Under the pieces are notes generated by a model. The model saw only the letters and a program-made list of their open reading frames with translations, was not told the origin of the DNA and did no database searches. Positions 21,628-29,977 of a DNA stretch of 64,000 nt are shown here, piece after piece; within the stretch, counting starts at the first letter, position 1; every line of letters begins with the position of its first letter. Made by a program: the position numbers and the translations under genes. Source of the DNA: Actinomycetota bacterium (GTDB lineage: Bacteria; Actinomycetota; Acidimicrobiia; IMCC26256; PALSA-555); the NCBI GenBank assembly GCA_016870355.1, contig VGBR01000003.1, forward strand, positions 4,653 through 68,652, in the 5' to 3' direction.

Positions 21628-22242
21628 TCAGCGAGGGTCGAGCGACACGTTCGCGACGGCCGTGCAGTCACCCGCCCGGACGATGACCGCGAGGGCTTGC
21701 CCCTCGGGGGTGGTGCCGATGAACACCGTGACCGGCGCGCCTTCGTAGGTGCCGGTCCCGGCGGCGCTCGTCGCCACCAACCCGAAGTTTCCGGGCGGTT
21801 GGTCGCCGCATCCGTACGCCGCGACCGCGTTCTCCATCGGCCCCGCGGCCCGTTCGAAGCTGACGTCGATCGCCGCCCGGAGGTCGGCAAGCCTGGTCAC
21901 GTCGCCGAGGTCACCGAGCAGCGTGACCGGGCCGGACGCCGCGTCGGCGCCCGCGGCCGGCACACTCTCGAGCGCCTCGACGTCGGACGCGGTCGGCGCA
22001 CGCTGCGCGGTGGTCGACTCCGGCGGCGCCTGCTCGTCGACGAGCACCACGCCGACGAACGCGCCGATCGCGAGCGCGGCGGCCACCGACACCGCCGTCA
22101 TCCAACGGGTGGACGGCGCCGCCGCAGGACGCTCGAGCGCGGTGCGCACCAAGCGTCGGCGAGTCACCTCGTCGACCGGCGCGACCTCGAGCTGGGAGGC
22201 CAGCGCCTCGTCGCGCATGTCGGGGTCGAGAGGTTCGTTCAT
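21628..22242 (-). CDS. putative anti-sigma factor, single-pass membrane protein
   Basis: ATGA overlap with the ECF sigma stop. One TM (WMTAVSVAAALAIGAFVGVVLV). No ZAS motif. Occupies the position of Rv3912. Confidence 0.55.
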   Translation of the reverse strand: MNEPLDPDMRDEALASQLEVAPVDEVTRRRLVRTALERPAAAPSTRWMTAVSVAAALAIGAFVGVVLVDEQAPPESTTAQRAPTASDVEALESVPAAGADAASGPVTLLGDLGDVTRLADLRAAIDVSFERAAGPMENAVAAYGCGDQPPGNFGLVATSAAGTGTYEGAPVTVFIGTTPEGQALAVIVRAGDCTAVANVSLDPR

Positions 22243-22814
22243 GGCTGCTCAGTTGGACGGTCGGCGACGGTCGTGGGGTTCCCGAGGACCTCGGCGAGCG
22301 CGGCGCGGCCCCGAGCGATCCGCGACCGCACCGTTCCCAGCGGGATGTCGAGCACGGCCGCGATCTCGGCATAGTCGAGGTCGGCGAGGTCGCGCAGCAC
22401 GACCGCGACACGGAACTCCTCGGGCAGCTGTGCGAGCGCCGCGTCGATGTCGACCTGCGCGCCGACCCGGTCGGCGACGGACGAGCCACCGGCCGCCGGC
22501 TCCGGGAGCTCGTCGACGGGGACCGGTCGCTGGCGCTTGCGCCGCAGCTCGTCGAGCGCCGCGTTGGTCGCCACCCGGTAGAGCCAGGTCGTGAACGCGG
22601 ACCGACCGTCGAAGGATCCGATCCCGCGGGCGATCGCGACGAGCGCCTCTTGTGTGCCATCGAGCGCGTCCTCGGGATGTCCGATCACCCGGCGGCACAC
22701 GGCGTGCACGCGATCGGCGTGCCGGTCGAGGAGCACCTCGAGTGATCGACGATCCCCTCGAGCCGCGGCGCGGGCGAGGGCCTTGTCCTCGACGACCCCG
22801 GCCGCGCCACCCAT
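22239..22814 (-). CDS. ECF (group 4) RNA polymerase sigma factor, SigM-like by position
   Basis: Region 2: DALDGTQEALVAIARGIGSFDGRSAFTTWLYRVATNAALDELRRK. Region 4: DYAEIAAVLDIPLGTVRSRIARGR. Start uncertain: ATG 22814, GTG 22820 or TTG 22862. Confidence 0.85.
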   Translation of the reverse strand: MGGAAGVVEDKALARAAARGDRRSLEVLLDRHADRVHAVCRRVIGHPEDALDGTQEALVAIARGIGSFDGRSAFTTWLYRVATNAALDELRRKRQRPVPVDELPEPAAGGSSVADRVGAQVDIDAALAQLPEEFRVAVVLRDLADLDYAEIAAVLDIPLGTVRSRIARGRAALAEVLGNPTTVADRPTEQP

Positions 22815-22854
22815 TCGCACACCGTCCGGCGTGGGCCGCGCACCGCCGGCGAGG

Positions 22855-24330
22855 TCAGCCAACGCGGATCTCGGTGATCTCGAGCCGGCCTCCTTCGGGG
22901 ACTCGCGTCAGCCACACGAGCACCGCGCCCCCGGACTCATCGAGATCGAACACGTGCGACGTGCCGAGGCTCGTCCCGGTCGCCGCGGGGGATCCCCACC
23001 CGCTCAGCTCGGTCGCCGGGCTCGCAGCCACGTAGATCTCGGCATCCCATCCGCTCTGGTTCGTCAGCACCTCCACGCTGGAGACGTCAGCCGTCGAGTC
23101 GAGGACGACATAGATCCCGACGCCCTGCTTCCCCCCGAGCTCGGGGGTGGAGTACGTCTCGGTGCGCCATGCGCTCGACGTGTCGTTGTCGAACACGTTG
23201 TCGACGAGCTCGGGGTGCTCGACGTCGGCAAATGGGTCGAAGTCGTCGGCGCTGACGATCTGGGCCGCATCGCCGGGATCGATCGTGTCCCCGCCGCGCT
23301 TGTCGAGCTCCTGCAGGATGAGGTAGCCGCCAACGGCACCCGCGCCGAGCATGATGCCGCCGAGGATCGCCCACGGCCACGCCCGGCCGGAGCGTCGCGC
23401 GTGGGGACGAGGGCGCGGTGCCGTGGTGGTGGGAGTCGGCGGCGCCGCGGGCGGCGGGGGAGCCACCGTGCGCGTCGGCGGGTCGCCCTCGGCCGGCGGG
23501 AGCGCGTCACCGCGGAGCACGGCGTCGATCGCGGCGGCCAGCGCATGCGCGCTCGGCCAGCGCGCGCCTGCGATCTGCTCGAGACAGCGCGCTTCGATCG
23601 CCTTGACATCAGCGGGGATGCTCGCGGGGAGCGGGTCGGGCGGCATGCTCAGGCGAGCGAGCGCCGTACCCATCTCGGTGTCGCCGTGGAAGGGCAGCTC
23701 ACCGGCGAGCATCTCGTGGAACAGCAGCCCAACCGCGTACACGTCGGCGCGGCCATCGGCGGGCTCGCCGCGCACCTGCTCGGGCGCTAGGTAGCGCGCG
23801 GTCCCCACGATCGTGCCCGCGCTCGTGAGGTCACCCTTCCCTGACACCTTGGCGATCCCGAAGTCGGTCACCTTCACCGGTCCATTCGGAGGCACGAGCA
23901 CGTTGGCCGGCTTGATGTCGCGGTGCACGATCCCGCTTCGGTGCGCCTCTTCGAGCGCGGCGGCCACGCCGCGCGCGATGCGCAGCGCGTCGGGCACGGG
24001 CAAGGGCCCGCGCTCGTCGAGCAACGTGCGCAGGTTCGGCCCCTCGACGAGCTCCATCACGATGTACGCGACCCCGTCGTCCTCACCAGTGTCGTAGGTG
24101 GTCACGATGCCCGGATGCGCGAGGCCGGCGGCCGAGATCGCCTCGTTGCGGAATCGAGCCCGCACGCCTTCATCGACGGACAGCTCCGGGTGCAAGGTCT
24201 TCACCGCGACCTTGCGCGCCAGGAGCGTGTCCTCGGCGACCCACACCGTCGCCATCCCGCCGCGAGCCAGCCGCTCGACCAAGCGGTAGCGGTTGTTCAG
24301 GACGCGCCCGGGCGCGGCGGCGGTCGTCAC
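22855..24330 (-). CDS. Ser/Thr protein kinase with one TM and a C-terminal discoidin/F5-8-type-C-like ectodomain
   Basis: Contains GGMATVW, VAVKTL, HRDIKPANVL, DFGIAK and YLAPEQ. TM is WAILGGIMLGAGAVGGYLIL. Ectodomain has VFDNDTSSAWRTE. Start reset to GTG 24330 (AAGGAG 5 nt upstream). Confidence 0.9.
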   Translation of the reverse strand: MTTAAAPGRVLNNRYRLVERLARGGMATVWVAEDTLLARKVAVKTLHPELSVDEGVRARFRNEAISAAGLAHPGIVTTYDTGEDDGVAYIVMELVEGPNLRTLLDERGPLPVPDALRIARGVAAALEEAHRSGIVHRDIKPANVLVPPNGPVKVTDFGIAKVSGKGDLTSAGTIVGTARYLAPEQVRGEPADGRADVYAVGLLFHEMLAGELPFHGDTEMGTALARLSMPPDPLPASIPADVKAIEARCLEQIAGARWPSAHALAAAIDAVLRGDALPPAEGDPPTRTVAPPPPAAPPTPTTTAPRPRPHARRSGRAWPWAILGGIMLGAGAVGGYLILQELDKRGGDTIDPGDAAQIVSADDFDPFADVEHPELVDNVFDNDTSSAWRTETYSTPELGGKQGVGIYVVLDSTADVSSVEVLTNQSGWDAEIYVAASPATELSGWGSPAATGTSLGTSHVFDLDESGGAVLVWLTRVPEGGRLEITEIRVG

Positions 24331-24338
24331 GCGTCTCC

Positions 24339-24405
24339 TTTGGTCGCCCTCGCAAGCTTTCGGGCTCGCGCACTGCAAACGGACGGCAAAGCCACCGTTG
24401 CATGC
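24339..24405 (-). repeat. copy 1 of a ~65-nt two-hairpin element (candidate cis-regulatory RNA) in the kinase 5' leader
   Basis: Minus strand reads GCATGCAACGGTGGCTTTGCCGTCCGTTTGCAGTGCGCGAGCCCGAAAGCTTGCGAGGGCGACCAAA, followed by GGAGACGCGTG. Near-identical copy at 29889..29953. Confidence 0.5.
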
Positions 24406-24451
24406 ACGCTACCGGGTTACAACCCGGCGACCGCCTTCGCGTCTGGTGTCG

Positions 24452-25291
24452 TCAGCCCTTGGCGACTTGGAATGTCACTCCGATCACGCCGGGACCGGCG
24501 TGGGTGCCGATGACGGACCCGACCACGCTGACGACGATCTCGTCACGCGGCACGATCGCCTCGAGGAGCTCCAACAGCTCGTCGACGTCGGAGGCCTGAC
24601 CGTGCAGCAGCGCGACCGAATCGACCCGCTGCTCACGGACCTTGTCGGCGAGGAGGCGCAACGCCCGGGAGCGGGTGCGCACGCGCCCCGACTCCTCGAC
24701 CGCACCGTCGCGCACCTCGATGACGGGCTTGATCGAGAGCATCGTGCCCAGGAGCGCGCGGGCGTTGCCGATTCGCCCGCCACGCTTGATGAACTCGAGG
24801 GTGTCGAGGCTGCCGAAGAGACGCGTCCGGTCGCGGCGATCGCTCACTTCGGCGACGATGTCGTCGATCGCGTCTCCGTTGCTCGCACGGCGCGCTGCCG
24901 TCAGCACGAGGCTGCCGAGACCGAGCGAGCACGTCATCGAATCGATCACGTGCACTGGGCAGTCTTTGGTGACCGCCGCGCCGGCTACCTGCGCAGCCTG
25001 CATCGTGGCCGACAGGCGCGAGGAGAGGTTGACGCAGACGATGCCGCTGGCGCCGTCGGCGATCAGCTCGCGGAACCGGGCCTCGAACGCGCCCGCCGAT
25101 GGTGCGGACGTCTCCGGGAGCGCTTCGGACGAACGGAGTCGATCCCAGAACTCGTCGGTGCTGAGCTCGACGCGGTCGACCAGCTCCTCGGCGCCGAAGC
25201 GGATGGTCAGCGGGACGATCTCGATCCCGAGCTCGGCGACGAGCTGCTCCGGCAGATCGCACGCACTGTCGGTGACCACCCGCACGTTCAC
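24452..25291 (-). CDS. DegV-family fatty-acid-binding protein
   Basis: 279 aa; MNVRVVTDSACDLP...SAPSAGAF... is the typical DegV pattern. Confidence 0.9.
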   Translation of the reverse strand: MNVRVVTDSACDLPEQLVAELGIEIVPLTIRFGAEELVDRVELSTDEFWDRLRSSEALPETSAPSAGAFEARFRELIADGASGIVCVNLSSRLSATMQAAQVAGAAVTKDCPVHVIDSMTCSLGLGSLVLTAARRASNGDAIDDIVAEVSDRRDRTRLFGSLDTLEFIKRGGRIGNARALLGTMLSIKPVIEVRDGAVEESGRVRTRSRALRLLADKVREQRVDSVALLHGQASDVDELLELLEAIVPRDEIVVSVVGSVIGTHAGPGVIGVTFQVAKG

Positions 25292-25414
25292 GACCTCATC
25301 CTTTCGCTCTCGGCGCGAGCGCCGGGCCGCTAGGCCCCGCTCGCTGCGCCGCAGGGTACCTGCATGTCTGGTCGGCTCCGCGGGCTTCGCCTCCCTACGG
25401 CGCGGGCACTCGCT

Positions 25415-27112
25415 TCATGCCGAGTCCTCTGGCGGTGCGTGCGAGGGCGACGCCTTCGTGCGCTTCAGGCCCCGGCGGAAGTGACGGAGCACCAGGTCGA
25501 GCACCTCGGAGAACTCCTCGACTCGAAGCGCGAGCAGCCCCACCACGGTGATCGTGCCGGCGCCGAGCAGGCCGAGGAACGTGGACACCGCGGCCTCACC
25601 TGACGTCTCCCAGCCCACGGACTTCCCGAGCACCCACGCCGCGAACCCGGCAACGACGGTCACGGCGATCACCCGAACCGCTATCAGCTCGATGCCGCGA
25701 CCTCGTAGGCTGCCGATCCCGCGTGGTGAGCGTCGGCTCAACGTGAGCAACGTGATCGCGGCTCCGAACGCGTACGCACCCGAGTGCGCGTACGCGAGGC
25801 CGGGGATGCCCATGTCGAACACCTCGAAGAACAGGATGGCCAGCGCCACGTTGACGGCGTTCTGGAAGCAACCGAAGAGGAACGGTCGTTTCGTGTCGTC
25901 GAGCGCGTAGAACGCGCGCAGGCCGAACAGGTAGCTCGAGAAGAACGGCAGACCCACGGCGAACCCGACGAGCGTGTCGGCGACGATGTCGGCGTCGGCG
26001 GGCGTGAACGCGCCGCGCTGCATGATGAACGTCACGATCGGACGCGCCAACACGACGGACACGGCCGCGGCCGGGATCAGGATTGTCAGACTGAGCCGCA
26101 AGGTGCGCGCGAATCGGTGACGGAGTGCGGGCCGATCGATCCGGCGTCCCGCGGCCGCGAGTTCGGGCAGCACCGCGGTCATGATCGGGAACGCGAGCAG
26201 CCCATAGGGGAGCACGAACAGCAGGTACGCGTTGAAGTACACGAACGCGCCACCGTGCCCGTTCCCCGACGCGAGTCGGACACCGTTCGAGAGCACGATC
26301 ACGACCCACAGCGCGACCTGGTTCGCGGCGACATATCCGATCGTCCAACCCGAAAGCCGCATCACTCGCCGCACGGCCTCGTGGCGCCAGTCGGCGAGGA
26401 ACCGGAGGCGCACCCCGGCCCGCCGCAAGGCTGGCAGGAGGGCAAGGCCCATCGCCGCGATCCCGGCGGTCGTCCCGAGCCCGATGAAGAGCAGGAGTAT
26501 GTCGTCCTCGAGCACCTGGCGGACCGAGAACGGGCCGTCGAACACGCGGGGGAGCGTGAAGAAGATCGCGATCACCACGATGTTGTTCAGGATCGGGGCG
26601 AGGGCGGCCGCGGCGAAGCGGCGGCGCGCTTGCAACATGGCGGTGGCCAGCGCCGTCAACCCGTAGAAGAGCATCTCGGGCATGAAGAGCCGCATGAACG
26701 CGGTGCCGAGCTCCTGCTGGTCATCACGAACTCCGCCGTGTACCAACAGCAGGTACACGCGCACCAGCAACGGCGCGGCGAGCACGCCCACGATCGTGAT
26801 CACGAGCAGCCCGAGCATCGCCGTCGTGAACACCGCGCTCGTGGCGTCATCGTCATCGTCGTGCAGGTGACGCACGAACTGGGGCACGAGCGTCGCGGTG
26901 AGCACCCCGCCGAGCAGCAGCTCGTAGATGATGTTCGGGGTCTCGTTCGACCAGCTGTAGACGCCGGCGAGCGTGGACGCCCCGAACGCGTAGCTGATCG
27001 CCGCAACGCGGATGAGCCCGGTGACGCGCGACAGCGCGGTGCCGAGGCCGACGATCGCTCCTGACTTGAGCAGGCGCCCGGTGTCGTGCCGTCCTTGCTC
27101 GGTGGTGCTCAC
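25415..27112 (-). CDS. murJ: lipid II flippase MurJ/MviN (no fused pseudokinase domain)
   Basis: Contains LLKSGAIVGLGTALSRVTGLIRVAAISYAFG and about 14 TM segments. Start reset to GTG 27112, overlapping the upstream TGA (GTGA). Confidence 0.9.
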   Translation of the reverse strand: MSTTEQGRHDTGRLLKSGAIVGLGTALSRVTGLIRVAAISYAFGASTLAGVYSWSNETPNIIYELLLGGVLTATLVPQFVRHLHDDDDDATSAVFTTAMLGLLVITIVGVLAAPLLVRVYLLLVHGGVRDDQQELGTAFMRLFMPEMLFYGLTALATAMLQARRRFAAAALAPILNNIVVIAIFFTLPRVFDGPFSVRQVLEDDILLLFIGLGTTAGIAAMGLALLPALRRAGVRLRFLADWRHEAVRRVMRLSGWTIGYVAANQVALWVVIVLSNGVRLASGNGHGGAFVYFNAYLLFVLPYGLLAFPIMTAVLPELAAAGRRIDRPALRHRFARTLRLSLTILIPAAAVSVVLARPIVTFIMQRGAFTPADADIVADTLVGFAVGLPFFSSYLFGLRAFYALDDTKRPFLFGCFQNAVNVALAILFFEVFDMGIPGLAYAHSGAYAFGAAITLLTLSRRSPRGIGSLRGRGIELIAVRVIAVTVVAGFAAWVLGKSVGWETSGEAAVSTFLGLLGAGTITVVGLLALRVEEFSEVLDLVLRHFRRGLKRTKASPSHAPPEDSA

Positions 27113-29142
27113 GTGGCGGGTTCGGGGACCGGCGCTGGCACGCGCTTGCGTGCGCGCTCGCGGTGGGTGTGCCACATCCACCAGAGTGCGAGGAACACCG
27201 CCGCGCTGATAAGCAGCACCAGCCCGACCGCGCTCACCTCGGTGGCCTGCACCTGGATCTGGGCCTGGGCGATGGTCAGCGCGCCGTCGAACGACGTCAC
27301 GGTGACGCTGAGCGGGAACGATCCCGAGGTGCGGGACTCGACCGCGATGTGGACCGTCGTGTTCTGCGGCTGGAGCTCGACGACCTGCTCGATGCCGTCG
27401 GGGAAGGAGAGCTTCGGGCTTTGGAGCTGGATGAGGACGGTGACCGTCTGCTCGGTGTCGTTGCGGAAGGTCAACGGGATGTCCCCGGCCCGGTCGGTGA
27501 GGGTGATCGTCGAGGGCTCGGGCACCTCGATGCGCGCCAGGAACCCACCGATCAGCGCTTCGACGCTCGCGAGCTCGGCTTCGGCGCGCGCCGCGCCGTC
27601 GGGGGAGCTCCACGCGGACGACACGGACGAGAGGAGCGCGCGTTCGGCCACGTCGATCCCGTTGACCCCGGGGGCGAACCCCCGCAACGAGGCGAGACGT
27701 GCTCGCGTCGACTCGTACGCCAGTGCGGGCACCGGCGGGGCGGGCGGCTCGTAGGTCGCCAGCTCGCGGGTGACGACGGACTCGTCGTTCACGTCCACCG
27801 GGAGCTGTTCGAAGACGGCGTCGACCGTCGTCGGTGTGAGCAGCGGGTTCGCGCGCAGGCCATCGAGCACTGCGTCGATGAGCTCCTCGGGCGGATCCAT
27901 CTGGGCGGGGTTCGCGATGGTCACCGCGCGAGGGTCGCCGGCCGTCTCGGCGTAGGCCATCACCGACAGGCCCGCGAGGAGTCGTTGGGCCCGCACCGCT
28001 GGCGGGTCGTCGCCGCTCAGGAGTCGGGCCAACGCCGAGTCCGAGGCAACGGCGGTGATGGGGCCGGCGGCAACCAGCGATGGTGGGGGCTCGAGCAGGA
28101 ACGGTCGGTCGGGCACCTCGACGGGTTCATCGGCTGCCAGCGCGTCGGTCTCGACGATCAGTCGATCGACCCCGCCTGTGCGGAGCCGACTGAGCGCGGC
28201 GCCGTCGACGGGTCGAGCGAGCGCAGTGCGCGGGTCGACACGCTCGCCGAAGAAGACGCGCAGGGATTCCTCACCCGCGGCGAGGTGCGCATCGACCGTG
28301 CCGGCCATCCCGGCGCGCAGCAACGACGGTAGGTCGATCGGCATGTACGCGCTCGCGACCACCTGGTGCACGGCGCGCGCACGCTGCAGCGCGAGGACGC
28401 CGTTGGCGATCGACTGCTTGCCAGAGCTGTCGACCCAAGCGTCGAGGGTCTCGGGCCCTGGCACGATCGTCAGCGGCACGCCGGCCGTTCGGTCGAGGGC
28501 GGAGACCTGGCGGCCGAGCCGGCCGTCGGGCTCGAGCTGGTTGACGACCTCGGGATCGAGGCCGTTACTCGGCAACGTGGCCGGCGGCGCGCTCAGCGGC
28601 CAGATCCACGCGACACCCAACGGCGAGGTGATCGCCGCATCCGCGCCCGCGCCCCCGACTACGACCAGATAGGTGATGAAGCCCGCCTGGGTCTCGTTGT
28701 CGGCGTCGCGCAGCTCGACTTCAAGTGGGTACACGCCGGGTCCACGTGCGCCGAGCGTCTCCGCGAGACGCACGCCGCCCGGAACTTCGAGTCGCAACGT
28801 CAGGTCTCGGTTGCCGTTCGCGTCGAGAGGCAACGCATCGACCGGCACGACGACGGTGTCGTTGGTGCCGCCGAGATCCCCCTCGGCTTCGAGCGTCGAG
28901 TCGAACGCATCGCGCGACTGCAACGACTGGTGTGCGATGAACCAGATCGACGCACCCGGCGCGGCGCCCTGGACGTCGAGCTTGGCGTGGACATCACCAC
29001 CGGTCAGCGTCCACGCATCTTGCGCGACGAGCGCGATCGACGGCGTCGGCCCCGCGGTCGCGGACGGCGCGAGCACCACGCTCGGGACGAGCGCAGCAAC
29101 GGCGGCGGCGACCGCGCGCCACACGCGTCGCGTCTGGGTCAC
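27109..29142 (-). CDS. Rv3909-like conserved actinobacterial exported protein with a C-terminal TM anchor
   Basis: Signal-like N-terminus VTQTRRVWRAVAAAVAALVPSVVLAPSATA. C-terminal TM VGLVLLISAAVFLALWWMW. Immediately upstream of murJ as in mycobacteria. GTG 29142 overlaps the GNAT TGA. Confidence 0.7.
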   Translation of the reverse strand: MTQTRRVWRAVAAAVAALVPSVVLAPSATAGPTPSIALVAQDAWTLTGGDVHAKLDVQGAAPGASIWFIAHQSLQSRDAFDSTLEAEGDLGGTNDTVVVPVDALPLDANGNRDLTLRLEVPGGVRLAETLGARGPGVYPLEVELRDADNETQAGFITYLVVVGGAGADAAITSPLGVAWIWPLSAPPATLPSNGLDPEVVNQLEPDGRLGRQVSALDRTAGVPLTIVPGPETLDAWVDSSGKQSIANGVLALQRARAVHQVVASAYMPIDLPSLLRAGMAGTVDAHLAAGEESLRVFFGERVDPRTALARPVDGAALSRLRTGGVDRLIVETDALAADEPVEVPDRPFLLEPPPSLVAAGPITAVASDSALARLLSGDDPPAVRAQRLLAGLSVMAYAETAGDPRAVTIANPAQMDPPEELIDAVLDGLRANPLLTPTTVDAVFEQLPVDVNDESVVTRELATYEPPAPPVPALAYESTRARLASLRGFAPGVNGIDVAERALLSSVSSAWSSPDGAARAEAELASVEALIGGFLARIEVPEPSTITLTDRAGDIPLTFRNDTEQTVTVLIQLQSPKLSFPDGIEQVVELQPQNTTVHIAVESRTSGSFPLSVTVTSFDGALTIAQAQIQVQATEVSAVGLVLLISAAVFLALWWMWHTHRERARKRVPAPVPEPAT

Positions 29143-29861
29143 AGGTCCCGATCGAGCACGCAGAGCCCGACCGGGAGGCGCCGGAACCCACACGACTCGT
29201 ACAGCGCGAGCGCGCCATCGTTCGTCCACTGAGTGTTCACGAGCGCGCGCTGGGTGTCGTGCCGCCGCAACCAGACCAGCGCGTCGAGCACCAGGGTTCG
29301 TCCCCATCCCGCGCGACGCACGTCGGGATGCACGGCCACACGTTGGAGGTAGCCGCGCCGCCCCGCTCGACCGGTGATGGCGTAGGCAACGGGTCGCGAC
29401 CCGAGATCGCCGACGCGGAATCGGACCGCCGGGGTGGCGTGCAATGCGTCGTTGAGTCCGTCGGGATCGAGCCGCCAGAAGGCGTCGAACGCGAGTGCAT
29501 CGACGCCGAGCACGGACGAGCGATCAGCTCGCCACGCTCGTCGCAGCGCTGGCGGATCGGCCGCCGGCATGGGCAGCTCGTCGAGCGTGTGCTCCAGGAG
29601 ATGTAGCCGCTCGTGCACACCGAATCCGGAGTCCACGAACGGCAGAGAGTCAGCGGCCGTGAGCGCGCTCGTGACGATCGCGGTGTAGCCGGCGTGTCGC
29701 AGCCGCTCGACGCACTCTTCGACCTCCGCGCGCGTCGGCGGAGTGCCCTCGGCGAGGACCAGATGTGCGACATCGTGGCGGCCGTGCCATGACGTCACCC
29801 GCGCCCATCCGAAGGAGTGACGGCGTGCGCGCTCGGCCACGGCCGACGAGCGTAATCGCAT
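29139..29861 (-). CDS. GNAT-family N-acetyltransferase
   Basis: C-terminal YLQRVAVHPDVRRAGWGRTLVLDAL...ALALYESCGFRRL (acetyl-CoA binding motif A). ATG 29861 chosen because the track ORF runs through the repeat element. Confidence 0.8.
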   Translation of the reverse strand: MRLRSSAVAERARRHSFGWARVTSWHGRHDVAHLVLAEGTPPTRAEVEECVERLRHAGYTAIVTSALTAADSLPFVDSGFGVHERLHLLEHTLDELPMPAADPPALRRAWRADRSSVLGVDALAFDAFWRLDPDGLNDALHATPAVRFRVGDLGSRPVAYAITGRAGRRGYLQRVAVHPDVRRAGWGRTLVLDALVWLRRHDTQRALVNTQWTNDGALALYESCGFRRLPVGLCVLDRDL

Positions 29862-29888
29862 CGCCTCGCGGGCTCCGTGGCGCGCTCG

Positions 29889-29953
29889 TTTGGTCGCCCT
29901 CGCAAGCTTCGGGCTCGCGCAATGCATCGGTCGGCGAAGCCGCCGATGCATGC
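29889..29953 (-). repeat. copy 2 of the two-hairpin element, in the divergent GNAT/deacetylase spacer
   Basis: Minus strand reads GCATGCATCGGCGGCTTCGCCGACCGATGCATTGCGCGAGCCCGAAGCTTGCGAGGGCGACCAAA, 27 nt upstream of the GNAT ATG. Confidence 0.5.
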
Positions 29954-29977
29954 CACGTGATGAGGACGAATATCGTC

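Noticed and set aside
17212-21686. Long plus-strand ORFs 17212..18930 (572 aa) and 19899..21686 (595 aa)
   Set aside because: They are antisense to cwlM/trxA/trxB and to the GT-C glycosyltransferase, with junk composition.
25440-25451. Possible third copy of the structured element (TGCGAGGGCGAC)
   Set aside because: It is only a 12-nt match, in the opposite orientation, inside the murJ 3' coding end. Neither hairpin is present, so it is probably chance.
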